Shown here in pieces: positions 1-13,030 of a stretch of DNA of 64,000 nt (its first letter is position 1; every line of letters starts with the position of its first letter). The stretch lies in assembly GCF_006345805.1 (NCBI RefSeq), contig NC_043002.1:9486001-9550000 (forward strand), in the 5' to 3' direction. The translations under genes were made by a program, and so were the position numbers. The stretch is from Octopus sinensis. Its lineage: Eukaryota. The notes below the pieces were generated by a model. The model did not search any database and was not told the DNA's origin. It was given only the letters and a program-made list of their open reading frames with translations.

Positions 1-222
1 TTCGCTCCAACTTTCTCTCACTTTTTCTTCCTGTTTCTTGTCCCCGACTTCCTACGCAACCGCTGAGCCTGGATGCGCATTCATCCATCCGTCGATGCTC
101 TCGGTATCGGGGGGTTGACCTGCTTTCTCTTCTGCGGGTCTTACAAATAGCAAAGGGCCATGTTTCGGACTTCTCCCATCTTGCGAGCTCTGGGACGAAG
201 ACCATTCGCTCAACAGCAGCGG
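1..222 (+). mobile_element. Partial tRNA-head SINE, family D (body and tail)
   Basis: Reverse complement of 58440-58650 (cctacgcaaccgctgagcctggatgcgcattcatccatccgtcgatgctc...). Head lies outside the window. Confidence 0.8.
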
Positions 223-314
223 CAAAATATAAGTCAGTCCTAGAGCGCACAATGTTCCTAAAGGTCAGCAATGGTCTTCCTCAGTCACAAGTGGATGGCC
301 ATCATCATCATCAT

Positions 315-885
315 GCATGTATGTATGTATGTATTTATGTATGTATGTAGGTATGTATGTATGTATGTATGTAGGTATGTATGTATGTATGTATGTAGGT
401 ATGTATGTATGTATGTATGTATGTATGTACGTATGTACGTATGTATGTATGTATGTATGTACGTACGTACATACGTACGTATGTATGTACGTACGTACGC
501 ATGTATGTATGTATGTATCTGTGTGTGTGCATGTGCATGCATGTATGTATGTATGTATGTATGCATGTATGTATGTATGTATGTATGTATTATGTATGTA
601 TGTATGTATGTATTATGTATGTATGTAGGTATGTATGTATGTATGTATGTAGGTATGTATGTATGTATGTATGTATGTATGTACGTATGTACGTATGTAT
701 GTATGTATGTATGTACGTACGTACATACGTACGTATGTATGTACGTACGTACGCATGTATGTATGTATGTATGTATCTGTGTGTGTGCATGTGCATGCAT
801 GTATGTATGTATGTATATATGCATGTATGTATGTGTGTGTGCATGTGCATGTATGTGTGTGTTCATGTGTATGCATGTATGTATA
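315..885. repeat. (ATGT)n compound microsatellite
   Basis: Directly visible; produces the spurious MYVC/HTYI ORFs. Confidence 0.97.
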
Positions 886-1551
886 TTTGAATCTCTTGAT
901 ATCGCTCGATTGTTATTAACGAATGTCACTCATTTCATATATTCTGCAAATACATATTCTGGCTATGGGGGTAATATTACCTTGATTGCAAACTAGTAAG
1001 GGTCGGTGATAGGAAGGACACCATGCCATGGAAAAATCTGCTTCAATAAACTTCATTCGACCCATGCAGCATGAAGAAGTAGATGTTATAAGTCTAATAT
1101 TGATGATGATGATGATGATGAGTATGATGATGATGATGATGGTAGTGATGATGATATGTATGTGTTATCTAAGAAATGTTTAGATAACAAAGTACTGATA
1201 TAGATGCTAAAGAAATAGTTTTTATCTTAAATGGCAGCTAATTCTCACTCTGGTTTTATTAGATAAAGCTGACAGCAAGTCTTTTCATAGTTGTGAAATT
1301 CTTAAGTTTCTACACAAGCATCTAACATTGACCCACTAAAATGTAATAGATTCCACAATCTCCATAATAAAACTTTTGAAAAAATTAGGTCTGAAGGCAG
1401 TAGTATAAATTAAAAAAAAAATTTGCTCTTTACTTGAAAGATGGAAAGAAATATACAATCAAAATTTTCTAGGACAGGAAAGACCCTAAGTAAAAGGAAT
1501 TTTATGATTTTGTTTTCAATCTTAATGACACATTGGAAAAGATAACATTAA

Positions 1552-1555
<4 letters not shown>

Positions 1556-1596
<41 letters not shown>

Positions 1597-1606
1597 ATGG
1601 TGGTGG

Positions 1607-1637
<31 letters not shown>

Positions 1638-1650
1638 GATGAAGAAGAAG
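1556..1650. repeat. (GAT)n/(GGT)n/(GAA)n compound microsatellite
   Basis: Directly visible. Confidence 0.95.
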
Positions 1651-3584
1651 AATTATTGAAAATATTGAAATTATTATTGAAAATCATGTTCTCTAATTAT
1701 TTTTTCTCCCTAATTCCAGAAATTCTATTGATTGCCTGTTGCTGCTTTGAATTATTTTACTTTCACCGTTTCTTACTGAGGTAAAAAAAAAAAAAGGAAA
1801 AGCAAAAGAGAAATGAAAGCTTATAGTTAATACTGAAATGCTGTAATGTTTAGCTTTCGAAGGAAAGAAGGTGAAGTTGTACGAAGCTTCAAACAAACTG
1901 ATGGATCAGTGATAAGATTTATTAAAATCGATGTCTGACATCAGCAGTCGGAAGAGGTAGTATGAAATAATAAGTTAGTTGCAGCTTCTCTTCAGCGGAT
2001 GATAGATAGTGCGGGTTCTGAGTTTAGTATGTGTTGACATGTAAGAACTGTAGCTGAGTTGGAGTGCGAGGGAAGCAACAAGAAGCCACAGTAGCAGCAG
2101 TTTTTAAGCGAGTCTTAAGTGTGATGATGGCGTACCAGTAAATATTTAGCGACGGTTTGTAAACGGGACTGAACTCACTTAAACGCGAAATACATTTACG
2201 AAACTGACATTTCGTCCGAGTAATTCTAGCAACCAAAATATGCGATCTTGATACGAATGATTTCGATTACATATTCTCATTTAGTACAGTTTTCAGCTCA
2301 TGGGGTACGTTTCTTTTAACATATTCTGTCAATGAAGAAAAAAATCCCCAAGAATGGGGTATCTATATAAAATAAGGTATGTATAACGAAATCTGTAACG
2401 CTGTGTTTTAACGATTTTTCATAATTTTAATGAAGTTTTCAGCTGATGTACTTTTACTCTCATTTGTCAAATTTCTGTGTGCGACTGCTGTATGGAACAG
2501 AGACAATGTGAGCCAACATTTGTCATATAATTACGGACGATTGTGTTTGAAGAGCGAGAGTGGGTGGGGCAAGCCATGTGATTCAACATAAGTCTTTTTT
2601 TAACCAGTTTAAGATTATCTTTCGGATAATCTACTAATTTGCCATCGCGTTATAACATAAGAAAGCAACAGCTGGGTAATAGTCTCCATGTCATTCCACC
2701 TTAAAGCACCTCATGGAGTGTGGTTCGGTTTCACCACTGATTTCTTTCATTCTCTCTCTCTCTATGGTTTTGTTTGATCTTTGGAGTGAACAAGCGTATC
2801 AATTGTTTTCTTCTTTATATGTCAATTTGCAATAAATTATACAAAGGAAAATAAACAAGCTATTAAGACATAAAGAAAATAAATTAGCCATTAAGACATT
2901 CTACTTTCAGTAGAAACCGTTCTCAGCACAGTCATTATACTTAATTATACACCGTTATCTTTAATTCCTCATTTAATAAACACTGGTTTTGAATAATTTC
3001 TTTCCAAAATAAGATTCCATTATGTCTGTGGTTAGCAGACATCAGATTTACTATTTCAAGAAAGGTATGTTAGTGCTGTCAGGGGCGGAGGAGGAACGTT
3101 GCAAAAGTTCCCTACTGTAAGCTAATTTAAATATTTCTGAGTTTGCATCCGTCCTTCTTTTAACAAGGTTCCGTCCCTGACGCATGATGCCAACGACTTC
3201 CTTAAAAATGTTACCTGCTATATTTCATGTTATTGCAGAGTCTTGCAACCACAAGGTAAATCAGTGCAATCCTGTATGATCCGATGCTAGTTGTCTGTTT
3301 TAAATTATTCATTTCATCCAAAGAGCTGCCCTATTTAATTCTTATGATAATGGTAATTGTGATTTGACTAATCATTTCAATCATAGCAATGTATGTCATT
3401 TTTTTCAGATTCCAAGTTATAGTACATAATATTTAGTGAAAATTCCATTATCCCGCACAAATTCTCATTCTGTTTGATAATTTGAAAATTCGATACCTGC
3501 AAAAGCATTTAGCATTTATATTACCTTAAGACATTATTAACCACGGGTTATAGGAAACACACACACACACACACGCATATCTTT

Positions 3585-3887
3585 TATCTTTGCTTCAGTC
3601 ACTAGACTGCGGCCATGCTGGGGCACCGACTTGAATTTTAGTTGAACGAATCGACCCGGTAATTGTTTAATAAATCGTCCTACTTACCCTACTGGTCTAT
3701 TTGCCTAACTGCTAGGTCACTGGGGCATAAACACAAGCGTTTGTGGGGGACAAACGTAGGCGCGTGCACCCCCCCCCCCACAAACACGGACACACACACG
3801 ATGGGCTTCCTGCAGTTTCCGTTTGCCAAATCGACTCAAGGCCTTAATGTGGTTGGAAATCAAACTTCTGCACACAGTCATGCCTGA
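3585..3887 (-). mobile_element. SINE family B, diverged copy with internal deletion
   Basis: Shares gactgcggccatgctgg...gcacc and gggcttc...cagtttccgt with 16571-16974 and 48141-48547. Confidence 0.7.
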
Positions 3888-3924
3888 GCCTATGTGTGTG
3901 TGTGTGTATAAATATATTTATATA

Positions 3925-4255
3925 TCTTTTGTTCTTTTACTTGTTTCAGCCATTTTGACTGTGGCCATGCTGGAGCATCGCCTTTAGTCGAGTAAATCGA
4001 CCCCAGGACTTATTCTTTTTAAGCCTAGCTGAACCGTTAAGTTATGGGACGTAAACACACCAGCATCGGTTGTCAAACGATGTTGTGAGGGGACACACAC
4101 AAACACACACACATATATATATGACGGGCTTCTTTCAGTTTCCGTCTACCAAATCCACTCACAAAGCTTTGGTTGGCCCAAGGCTATATAAAAAGACCAA
4201 AGTATCATGCAGTGGGACTGAACCCGGAGCCATGTGGTTGGTTAGCAAGCTACTT
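3925..4255 (-). mobile_element. SINE family B
   Basis: Matches the other B copies (ttgactgtggccatgctggagc...cagtgggactgaacccgg). Confidence 0.85.
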
Positions 4256-4324
4256 ATATATATATATATATATAAAGCACCCATTACACTCTCAGAGTGG
4301 TTGGCATTAAGGAGGGCATCACTC

Positions 4325-5385
4325 CACTCTCACCACCTCCATCCACTACAAACACACAGACTCACACTTCTACCTCAACTTCTCCTTCTCCCACCCTAAA
4401 CACACCAAGCTTTCCATCCCCTATTCCCAATTCCTCCATCTATGCAGGCTTTGACCATGACTTTGAGACTCAGTTTCAACTCATACCTTGCCACTTCATC
4501 CTACATGGATTTCCCCTCACCACTATCCACACTGCCCTTGCCAGAGTATGTTCTGTGGACCGTGCATCTGCTCTCTCCCCCTGAACCCGCCCCACCATCT
4601 CCTGCTTCCCGTTTTCCCTCACCTACCACCCCACCACTCTACCTCTCCAACGCACCATTCTCTGGGCCTTCTGGCGACTCCAGTCTGAACCCTCCACTTC
4701 GCACATCTTCCCTAACCGACCCCTCACCTCCTTCAAACAAGCCCATAACCTATGAGACCTCTTGGTCCACAGCTTCTTCCCCAACCCTACCTCCCAACCT
4801 GGCTTGTTCCCCTGCTCCTGCCCACACTGCCACACTTGCTCTTACCTCTCCAAAACCACCTTCCTCACCGGCACCCATCATTGACCCTATCACATCACCG
4901 ACTCCTTCACCTGCACTTCTACCAATGTCATCTACTGCATCTCCCGCTCTATCTGCCCTTCTCTATACATCGGAAAATGGGACACCACTTAGCTGACCGG
5001 TTCGCGGAACACCTCAGAGACATCCAACTTGGCAATGACACCTCAGCCTTACGCCATTTCCACTCTACCGGTCACTCTTTGCAACACCTGTCCGTGTTTG
5101 GATTACCTCAGCCTCATGCCATTTCCACTCTACCGGTCACTCTTTGCAACACCTGTCCGTGTTTGGATTACCTCACCCTCATGCCATTTCCACTCTACCG
5201 GTCACTCTTTGCAACACCTGTCCGTGTTTGGATTACCTCAGCCTCATGCCATTTCCACTCTACCGGTCACTCTTTGCAACACCTGTCTGTGTTTGGATTG
5301 TCTTTGCACAGGGGCCATCTGGACTCCCATTTGCACTGTGAACAGGGATTAATCTTCTCTCTTCACTCACAGAGTGAGCTTTGAA
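4325..5385 (+). mobile_element. Penelope-like element fragment (RT C-terminus and GIY-YIG endonuclease), frameshifted
   Basis: Across frames: TSIHYKHTDSHFYLNFSFSHPKHTKLSIPYSQFL; VIYCIS...LYIG; LADRFAEHLRDI...HFHSTGHSLQHLSVFGL...EQGLIF. Confidence 0.85.
5041..5300 (+). repeat. 4 x 65-bp tandem repeat inside the Penelope GIY-YIG region
   Basis: Units start at 5041, 5106, 5171 and 5236 (cctcagcc...gccatttccactctaccggtcactctttgcaacacctgtccgtgtttggatt). Confidence 0.95.
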
Positions 5386-5484
5386 TGTCTATTTATCTAT
5401 TTGTCTGTCTATCTCTCTATAGGAGCTCACCAAGTATTGGTTGTCAGTTCCTTGTTTATCATAGTTATCCAGGCCATAACAAAG

Positions 5485-6335
5485 GAATTTAAGACTGGTT
5501 GCCATTGGAAGCTCCTCTATGCCAATGACTGCTAGAGTTCAGGAAGACATTTCAGGTGGGGAAGGAAGCACTGGGATCTAAGGGCATTAGAGTTAATTTA
5601 GCAAAGACCAAAGCACTAGTAAGCAGGAAAGCTGACCTCTTTAGGGAAATGCCCCTGTTCAATATATAGAAAAAGTGTAGGTAGAAATTCTATATGGTTT
5701 GCTCAGTGAAAGCTATGGACCTATAAGAGGTGTATAGAATCTCAGTGGGGTCCTTAGGGGTAGTAGACAGTGTTCATTGACTAGATGACCAAATTAGCTG
5801 TGGAGGAGATTGCACTGAAAGGGTAGTTGCTAGAATAAGTACTAGCTGGATAAAGTTCAGCGAGCTATTACCTTTGTTGGTAACAAAGGGCCTCACCTTC
5901 AGAGTGAAAAAACAGATTGTATGATGCTTGTGTATAGACAGCTATGCTACATGACAGTAAAACGTGGGCTGTGACTGCTGAGGACATGCAAAGGCTTGAA
6001 AGAAATGAAGCTAGTATGCTTCACTGGGTGAGCAATGTCATTGTGCATGTATGATGAAGTGTAAATGTTTTGAAAAGCATCAGTTGTATTGTGCAAGAGA
6101 GAAAACTGCACCGGTATGGTCATGTAATGCATATGGACGAGGGCAGCTGTGTAAAGAAGTGCTGCTTGGTAAATGTGGGGGGAAAAATTGTTGAAGAGGA
6201 CAAAGTAGTGAGAAATGATCTTGAGATCATTTCTCAACATCTAAAGATGTTGAGGCTCACAGAGAAGATGACAAAGGAGCAAGACAAGTGGCAATTTTCT
6301 CTGCTTGAGAAGGCCCCCCCTCAGCTAATCAAGGG
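5485..6335 (+). mobile_element. Degenerate RTE-clade LINE fragment (RT C-terminal half)
   Basis: WKLLYANDC; AMLHDSKTWAVTAEDMQRLERNEASM; RYGHVMHMDEGSCVKKC; homologous to 7870-9505. Confidence 0.85.
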
Positions 6336-6630
6336 TATAAAGAGATGTCCTTGGATCCCACAACCCATCTTCCTAACACTTTACCCTTTCCTCTGCTCTT
6401 GCTCACCACTGCTCTATTCCTCTTCATTCTTTATGTATACAGTATGTCCTTGTTGAATCTCTTCCTCACTACATACCACTCTGATACCCCCTCCCTTTAT
6501 CTGTGTCCAGTCATTATATTCTCTCCCTCCCCCCAGTTCCCACTCTGCTTTTGCAATCTTGTAAACTCATCTAACCACCCACACCATATAGAATTTCTAC
6601 CTACAGTCCCCAGTTTACTTCACAATATAT

Positions 6631-6850
6631 ATTTCTTTACTACCCACAAGGGGACAAACAAGGACAGACAAACGGATTAAGTTGATTACATCAACCCCAG
6701 TGCGTAATTGGTACTTAATTTATCGACCCCGAAAGGATGAAAGGCAAAGTCGACCTTGGCAGAATTTGAACTCAGAACGTAACGACAGACGAAATACGGC
6801 TACGCATTTCGCCCGGCATGCTAACATTTCTGCCAGCTTGCTGCCTTTTC
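6631..6850 (-). mobile_element. SINE family A (~230 bp, tRNA-like head) with 14-bp TSD
   Basis: TSD ACTTCACAATATAT at 6617-6630 and 6851-6864; body gtcgactttgcctttcatcctttcggggtcgataaattaagtacc in reverse. Confidence 0.92.
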
Positions 6851-7102
6851 ACTTCACAATATATACTTCCTTGTAACTTGAGTGTACTGCCCCCACCATC
6901 GCATCTTCACCATCTTTTCTCTCCGCTTGAGATAGCCATGTTTTTCCTCTAATGCATGACACCTTTTTCTTTCCCTCAATATCATTACCCTCACCAATTG
7001 AGGGGTCTTGTCCTGCATGTGACTCGATGACATCACTGCTGTTGGTGACATGTAAAAAGCAGCCAGGACACTCTGTAAAGTGGTTGATGTTAGGACAGGG
7101 TA

Positions 7103-7490
7103 TCATCATCATCATCATCGTTTAACGTCTGTTTTCCATGCTAGCATGGGTTGGACAGTTCGACCGGGATCTGGGAAGCCATGGAGGCTGCACCAGGCTC
7201 CAGTCTGATCTGGCAGTGTTTCTACAGCTGGATGCCCCTCCTAATGCCAACCACTCCGTGAGTGTAGTGGGTACTTTTTACGTGCCACCAGCACGAGTAT
7301 CACAACTACAATTTCTATTTGATTTTTATTTTGATGTTGATGTACTTGACTCAATAGGTCTCCTCAAGCACAGCAGGTCACCCTATGATCCAAGGTAAGC
7401 ACAGCAGGTCGTCCTGCAAGCCATGGACTCATTTCATTTGTTGGGTCTTTGCAGTCATGAACTCATTTCGTTTGTCGGGTCTTACACACA
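7103..7490 (-). mobile_element. RTE 3' UTR with (GAT)n tail
   Basis: catcatcatcgtttaacgtc...ccatgctagcatgggttgg...ctggatgccc; shared by many copies. Confidence 0.85.
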
Positions 7491-7869
7491 TACACATAAC
7501 AATTGCTTCTTGTAGGGCTCTATGGAGGGGTTGCCTGAGGTCTCTATCCTTATAACCTTCTTAAGGATAATTTTGTTTTTCATCCTGCAGTTTGTCCCCA
7601 AATCTCTCTCCTTTGTGGAGTTGCTGGATTTAATCACCAACGACTCTGTGATAGCTTGTACAGGATTACCTTTTAGTCAGTAGAGGTCAAGAATGACCTG
7701 GTTGTGTGGTAATAAACCTGCTTCCAACTATGTTCAGTCCCAACGCATGGAATCTTAGGTAAGTGTCTTCTACTATAGTCCTGGGCTGACCAAAGCCTTG
7801 TCAGTGGATTTGATTGACAGAAACTGAAAGAAACCCTTTGTGTATATATACATGTGTGTGTGTGTGTCA

Positions 7870-9505
7870 CCTGCATGGAAGCCAGTTAGCTACTCTGGCA
7901 ACGATCATGCTTGGATGGTGCTCTTAGCGCTCCACTAGCACAGATGCCAGTCATCAAATTTGATTTCGATTTCGCTTCCCTCAGCAGGTCTTCGCAAGCA
8001 GAGTTTAGTGTCCAATGAAGGAAAGGTACGCATAAGTGGGCTGCTTACATTTTTGGCACAGGCCACGAGGTTATGGTCTCACTTGGCTTGCCGGGTCTTC
8101 TCAAGCACAGCATATTACCAAAGGTCCCAGTCACTGGTCATTTCCTTGGTGAGGATTAAAGTTCAAAGGTCATGCTTCACCACTTCATCGCAGGTCTTCC
8201 TTGGTCTACCTCTTTCACAGGTTCCCTCAACTGCTAGGGTGTAGCACTTTTTCACACAGCTATCCTCATCCATTCTCGTCACATGACCATGCCACGTCTG
8301 ATGCTTCTTAGGTCCAACTTTTCTCTCAAGGTACTTACACTCTGTCGAGTATGCACACTGACATTACACATCCATCGGAACATACTGGCTTCATTCCTTG
8401 CAAGCTTACACATGTCCTCAGCAGTCATGGCCCATGTTTCACTGCCATGTAGCATGGCTGTTCGTACACATGCGTCATACAGTCTACCTTTTACTCTGAG
8501 CAAGAGGCCCTCTGAACTTTGCCCAGGCTATTTTTATCTTAGCAGATACACTTTCAGCGCACCCACCCCTGCTACTGACTTGGTCACCTAGGTAACGGAA
8601 GCTATCAACTACTTCTAGTTTTTCTCCCTGGAATGTGGTGGAAGTTGTTCTCTGCACATTTTCAGTGTTATTTATAGCTCCCGAGCATCTGCCACATATG
8701 AAAACCATCCTCCCAGTTAGCCTTCCTTTGATATTGCTGCACCTCTTATGTGTCCATAGCTTACACTGAATACATCTTATAGAGTTTCTACCTACGCCTT
8801 TTCTACAGATCGAGCAGGGCCATCTACCTGAAGGGATTTGTGGTTTGCCTGCCTTCCTACTTATTAGGACTTTTGTTTTAGCTAGGTTGACTCTAAGGCC
8901 CTTTGATTCTAATCCTTGTTTCCACACCTGAAACTTCTCTAATTCTGATAATGATTCAGCAATTAGAGCAAGGTCGTGAGCATAGAGGAGCTCCCAGGTG
9001 CATCCTGTCTTGAATTCCTCCATTATTGCCTGGAGGACTATGATAAATAGGAGGATGCTGAGGACTGAACCTTTGTGGATCCCTAGCTTCACCCAGAATT
9101 CTTCACTGTACTCGTTGCCAACCCTCACCTTACTGACAGCGTTCCTGTATATGGCTTGCACAGCTCTCACTAACCATTCATCTATCCCTAGTTTCCTCAT
9201 TGACCACCAGATAAGGGATTGGGGGACCCTGTCAAAGGCTTTCTCCATGTCAACGAAAGACAGGTACAGGGGTTTAACTTTGACTAGGTACTAGGTATTT
9301 CTCCTGCAGCTGTCTTACCAGAAATATAGCATCAGTGGTGCTTTTCCCTGGCACAAACCCAAACTGCATCTCATCCAAACTGACTCTCTCCCTAATTAGT
9401 TGGGCTATGATCCTCTCCGTGACACCTTCATTACCTGATCCAACAACTTGATACCTCTGTAATTATTTGTATCTAAAGTGTCACCTTTACCTTTGTAGCA
9501 GTTAA
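7870..9505 (-). mobile_element. RTE-clade LINE, 5'-truncated RT region
   Basis: ORFs: NYRGIKLLDQVMK; MEKAFDRVP...ELLYAHDLALIAE...FRYLGD; KGRLYDACVRTAMLHGSETW. Confidence 0.93.
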
Positions 9506-9530
9506 CTATAGTGCTACTACACCAGTGATA

Positions 9531-9567
<37 letters not shown>

Positions 9568-9790
9568 CAAATAAGAAAATGGAGAAACAAATTTGGTTTG
9601 TTCATCAACTTACGGATATTATAATGTTGGATTATTTATTCCAAATGAGAACATCAAAAGCATACAAAATATTATATAAATCAATAGATAAGATAATAAT
9701 ACAAATACAGATTTTAAATACCAACAGTATATTGGATAAATGATATCCCATAGTGAGTTGCACCCATAACCCCTATCTTACTTTGTACTG

Positions 9791-9852
<62 letters not shown>

Positions 9853-10769
9853 CTTCCAGTTTCGTATGATTCAGTCATATTTTCCTGTGCTTCTGAAAAC
9901 CTGTAAAAGTATTTCAAAGAAAATAGGCAGCTGATCAGGAAAATATTCTAAAATATAATATATCTATAAAATTACGATACATTTAAAATCACGTACATAA
10001 ATATACTGAGCAGCAAGAGTCTTCAACAAAACGTGAAGTGAAAACATTGCTGTTTCTTCGTTCAAGATGTGTCTCCATGTGCTTACGAGATCTTCTCCCA
10101 TGTGCTTACAGCCAAGTAGAGAAAATTCATGAGATCTACCACAACTTTAATAAAAACTTGAGATAGGATAAGTATACAGGCATTTTCTATAATTAGGTTA
10201 AGGAAAGGTCCCGAATAAAAATGTGATAAGTTATTGATTCTCCTTTTCTGTATTTTTGTTTCTGACCTATGCAACAACATTTTCGTTTCTTTCCTCCTCT
10301 TCTCTTGTATGTTTATATATTTTTCTTTGTAACAAGTTCTGGCTTTTTATATCTTCTAACCTGTTTATTTATTTTGGTTCTAAGTTAGTCAAGCGTTTCT
10401 TCTCTATTTGAATAATTCACTTTTCTTTCAGGAGTTTAAAAAACAAAAACAATCATCTCATCAGGGTAAAAAAAGAGAAAGAAAACACACCAATAAGCCA
10501 TTTTAACCCAATGTGATTACCGCGTATATGATGAAGGGGAACGCTGGCAAGCTATTTTTTTAAAAAACTATCAATAGATTTAACGTCAAAAGCAATTTAG
10601 AGAAAGAGAAGGAGGAGAAATAAAGAAATTAACAGAAAATTAAGAGTGAAGAAATATAGTGCGATTGATGAATGTGAATAAAGGTTAACAGCGTGGAAAT
10701 AAATGTGTAGTGGAAATGAAATGTAAGAAGACAGTTAAAGGTCAGATTTTACTGATTGGTAGAAATTAC

Positions 10770-11110
10770 TTAAACGTGTTTACAAGAGAATTCTCTGAGA
10801 ACAGCATGAGATATTGTTCTTCGTTATAGAGTGGACAAAAGGATTTACCTTTATCATATGGAAAGGATCTAGATAAAATATTCCATTCCAAATCAAATTG
10901 TTTATTATATTCCTTTAGAGACCAAATTAATTTACTAAGCCTAGTATTGTTGTTTGTATTGATATGTCTAAATGTAGAGTAATGGTTAGATATTCTTTTG
11001 GACAACTGAGTTGAAGAACTACCTATGTAAAAAAAGTCATCAGAACCAGTAGTAATTTTACATTGATAAACAGAGTTTCTAGTCTTAGAATTACTGCTAA
11101 GGTAACGAAT
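10770..11110 (-). mobile_element. Penelope-like GIY-YIG endonuclease fragment, second lineage
   Basis: Minus-strand translation SVYQCKITTGSDDFFYIGSSSTQLSKRISNHYSTFRH...LSKLIWSLK...WNILSRSFPY...CPLYNEE. Confidence 0.75.
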
Positions 11111-11268
11111 GCAAATAATACCAATGTTTTATTCGGAACATATGTCGGAAGTATCAAGATTTGAATAACACCTTTATAAGTAGGCTGTAACATCCTTACA
11201 CATTGAAAAAAATACACATGCATTTATATACATATATATATATATGTAAATATATGAATATATGTATA

Positions 11269-11486
11269 TGGCACGTAAAAAGCACCATCTGATTGTGGCC
11301 GTTGCCAGCCTTGCAAAAAGCACCCACTACACTCACGGAGTGGTTGGCATTAGGAAGGGCATCCAGCCGTAGAAACATTGCCAGATCAGACTGGGCCTGG
11401 TGCAGCCTTCTGGCTTCCCAGACCCCAGTTGAACCGTCCAACCCATGCCAGAATGGAAAGCGGATGCTAAACGACGATGATGATGT
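11269..11486 (+). mobile_element. RTE 3' UTR and tail
   Basis: ggcacgtaaaaagcacc...gagtggttggcattaggaagggcatcc...aaacgacgatgatgatg. Confidence 0.88.
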
Positions 11487-11810
11487 GAAGGTGTGTGGCT
11501 TAGTGATTAGGGCATGATGTGGCTGATGATTGTAAGGTCACGAGTTCAATTCCTGGCGACACGTTGTGTCCTTGAGCAAGACACTTTATTTCTTGTTGCA
11601 CCAGTCCACTTAGCTGGCAAAAATGAGTAGTAACTGTATTTCAAGGGGCTAGCCTTGTCACACTCTGTATCATGCTGACTCTCCCTGAGAACTATGTCAA
11701 GGGTACACGTGTCTGTGTAGTACTCAGCCACTTGCATGTTTATTCCAGGAGCAAGCTGTTCTGTTGATCGCATCAGCTAGGACTCTTGCCGTCGTAACTG
11801 ATAGAGTGCT
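11487..11810 (+). mobile_element. SINE family C (tRNA-like head, CORE-like ccttgagcaagacact)
   Basis: A-box-like tggcttagtga, B-box-like gagttcaattcc; body homologous to 26360-26770. Confidence 0.8.
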
Positions 11811-12125
11811 CCCTATATAGATATATATATGATTTTAAAACTGTCATTATTGAGTAGAAAAAAAAGCCTTTTGTCGAAAGGACCAATGAAAAGAAACCAA
11901 TTTCAAATGTGTATCTGTCAATATAAATTGTATATTTTATATATACAAACTGTATTGTTCCATTCTCAGTCTAAACTCTCCAATGAATAGGAACGTGAAA
12001 CTCTGAGTAGCAGTTTATTGTGATTTTTTTTGCAGCTTTAATAATTATAAATCATATTACTCTGTCTCCGGTATTTGAGTACTATTTCTCCCCAACTTGT
12101 TTCACATTTATGTGTTTACTTTGGT

Positions 12126-12223
12126 GTATATATATATATATATATACATACATATATATATATGCATATATATATATGCATATATATATATACATATACA
12201 TATATATACATATTTATACATAT

Positions 12224-12257
<34 letters not shown>

Positions 12258-12286
12258 ATATATATACACATATATATATATACCAC

Positions 12287-12317
<31 letters not shown>

Positions 12318-12367
12318 CCACATATATATATATATACATATATATATACACATATATATATATACAC

Positions 12368-12398
<31 letters not shown>

Positions 12399-12540
12399 CA
12401 CACGTGTATATATGTTTGTATATATATACACACGTGTATATATGTGTGTGTGTATATATATATATATGTGTGTGTGTGTAAATATATGTATATGTGTGTA
12501 TAGGTAAGTGTTTGTATAGGCATGTATGTATGTATGTTCT
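12126..12540. repeat. (TA)n/(CA)n compound microsatellite
   Basis: Directly visible. Confidence 0.97.
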
Positions 12541-12674
12541 TCCAACGTATTTTTATGCCTCTTGAAACTTGAGATTATCTTTAGTTCTTAATAGTTTTTA
12601 ATTGGGATGATATTTGTAATTACGATTGAGACAAAAATACAATATGTTGTTTGCTTAACGTTTTGTTTACTCAT

Positions 12675-12698
12675 GGAATATTTCTTTTCCAGATGTGA
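12675..12698 (+). other. Candidate splice acceptor opening the exon that holds the start codon (exon from 12693)
   Basis: tttcttttccAG at 12681-12692, branch-like cttaac about 35 nt upstream, followed directly by ATG TGA. Confidence 0.45.
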
Positions 12699-13030
12699 CG
12701 TGTACTCCAGCAGAAGTTAGAATAACCGAAGTGAATTCCAATACAACCTATTACTTTTGAAAACCCATACAGTGTCTGTGATTCGGGAATATAATCGCAA
12801 CATTAACAACGTTAAAAAAAAAAAAAGATATTTTGAAATAATTAAAAGTTTGTTAAAGCTTGTTCTGTAATTTATAGTCTGTGTAAAGGACGAATAGATG
12901 TCTTTACGCAGTGATTAATTATCTCGACTTTCTTTTGATAATCTGGTTTTGATACATTTTAATAAAAAAAAAAATAATAAGTGAGAGAAAAAATAAAATA
13001 AAGGTAAAACGTGGTTAAACTACTTAAGTC

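Noticed and set aside
271-996. Long ORFs ([12 protein letters not shown]), also at 12020-12545, 25567-26018 and 55968-57212
   Set aside because: They are translations of TA/ATGT microsatellites that lack stop codons.
1533-1784. Acidic poly-Asp ORF
   Set aside because: It is a (GAT)n microsatellite with no domain or splice support.
1900-2400. CpG-richer stretch with a possible donor (AAG|GTATGT near 2376) as promoter or upstream exon
   Set aside because: Plausible but not supportable without transcript data.
9860-9900. Minus-strand TATGA/TCATA-GAAAC as a hammerhead
   Set aside because: No CUGANGA-like core at the correct spacing and no stem I.
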